35,256 nucleotides of DNA from Thermoproteaceae archaeon (lineage in GTDB: Archaea; Thermoproteota; Thermoprotei; Thermoproteales; Thermoproteaceae): contig JAJHRB010000008.1 of NCBI GenBank assembly GCA_020833025.1, positions 1-35,256 on the forward strand, read 5' to 3'. A program made the translations under genes and the position numbers. The notes beneath the pieces are model-generated. The model ran no database searches, had not been told where the DNA came from, and saw only the letters and a program-made list of their open reading frames with translations. Shown piece by piece: positions 34,475 through 35,256 of this stretch (the first letter of the stretch is position 1; every line of letters begins with the position of its first letter).

Positions 34475-34843
34475 ATGGATGGCGCGCGCACGATTTCGCG
34501 CAGCTACAGCGAGAGACTTGACGCGCTCAGGATAAAGCTCGCGATAATTAAATTCCTCAAGGAGCTTGTGCAGAGTGCAAAGGGCAACCTAGTAACTTTC
34601 AGACCGTCCAAGGTAGTGCAAGAGCTGCACATATACGACTCACACGATATGCGAACCAAGACCGTAATGATTAGAGCCTTCCTCGACGAGCTAGTACAGC
34701 GTGGCTACATCACGGTAATAAAGAGAAGCGCGCGGGGCAAGGTTTACGGGCTGTACAGAAACAACAGGTTCTGGAGTGTGCTGCTCAGCCGCGAGCCGGA
34801 GGGTGTGCTTGAGACTCTGAACATGGAGGAGGCGCGCCGCTGA
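34475..34843 (+). CDS. Winged-helix-like DNA-binding protein (122 aa)
   Basis: FRPSKVVQEL ... RAFLDELVQRGYITVIKRSARGKVYGL has the wHTH recognition-helix and wing pattern. Confidence 0.65.
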   Translation: MDGARTISRSYSERLDALRIKLAIIKFLKELVQSAKGNLVTFRPSKVVQELHIYDSHDMRTKTVMIRAFLDELVQRGYITVIKRSARGKVYGLYRNNRFWSVLLSREPEGVLETLNMEEARR

Positions 34844-34895
34844 CAGCAGTAAATTCTCACTGCTGCGCTTATATTAGCAAGGTATCACACTTTAG

Positions 34896-35256
34896 GTGGA
34901 CGCTGCTGCCATCCTGCGCGCGCTGCACGAGAAGTACAGAGGGGGGCGGGCATTCAGAGTTGCAATTATCGGGGCTTACAGCGGCGGCAGGTACGTAGAA
35001 CCGCCCCGTCTGAGACCCGGCAACTACATACTCATGCTCCCGTTCGTACCATCAGCAGTACTGACAGTCCTAAATACTGGTATTATCACCCAGCTAACTG
35101 CCGGCGTGTGCGCCATACTTGCATCTTATATAATAATTTATTACTACATGAGGAGGGCGTGTTTCACGCCCGACGAGATTAAAGTCGTGCGGACAAATTA
35201 CAGAGACACAAGCTACTTATCGTCGAGCAAGCTCAAGATTCTGGAGGAGCCGCAAC
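34896..35256 (+). CDS. Membrane protein, truncated by the window end
   Basis: Not in the ORF track. GTG 34896 follows TTATATT (34869-75); open to the end: MDAAAILRALHEKYRGG...LPFVPSAVLTVLNTGIITQLTAGVCAILASYIIIYYYM. Confidence 0.65.
   Translation, partial: MDAAAILRALHEKYRGGRAFRVAIIGAYSGGRYVEPPRLRPGNYILMLPFVPSAVLTVLNTGIITQLTAGVCAILASYIIIYYYMRRACFTPDEIKVVRTNYRDTSYLSSSKLKILEEPQ

Noticed and set aside
1-35256. CRISPR array, rRNA, integrase or prophage genes
   Set aside because: No regularly spaced repeats, rRNA-like sequence or recombinase motifs were seen.

Overview
GC-rich window from a Thermoproteales archaeon (Thermoproteus/Pyrobaculum-like), inferred from uS15/eS1/uS8 sequences, Pcc1, and a leaderless-gene plus TATA-box layout. 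Left third (accessory): a secreted beta-propeller-like gene truncated at the window edge, a type IV pilin, a Ras-like small GTPase, and a tnpB-only IS200/IS605-family element (3031-4586) whose ends, TAM (TGAC) and interrupted host gene can be reconstructed to the base. It also holds a five-gene, translationally coupled minor-pilin/adhesin operon (5303-11541) and a coiled-coil repeat gene. The rest is mostly housekeeping: HAD phosphatase, GT4, deoxyhypusine synthase, aKMT-like methyltransferase, rps15, pcc1, rio1, Dim2-like KH protein, rps3ae, Lrp regulators, rps8, asnS, tyrS, GGR, HD hydrolase and surE. Not shown by the ORF track: a promoter-preceded tRNA 5' half with no 3' half in the window (13271-13302, candidate split tRNA), a probable C/D-box guide sRNA (19246-19293) and two gene remnants. 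All family assignments come from motif recognition by eye; no database searches were run.
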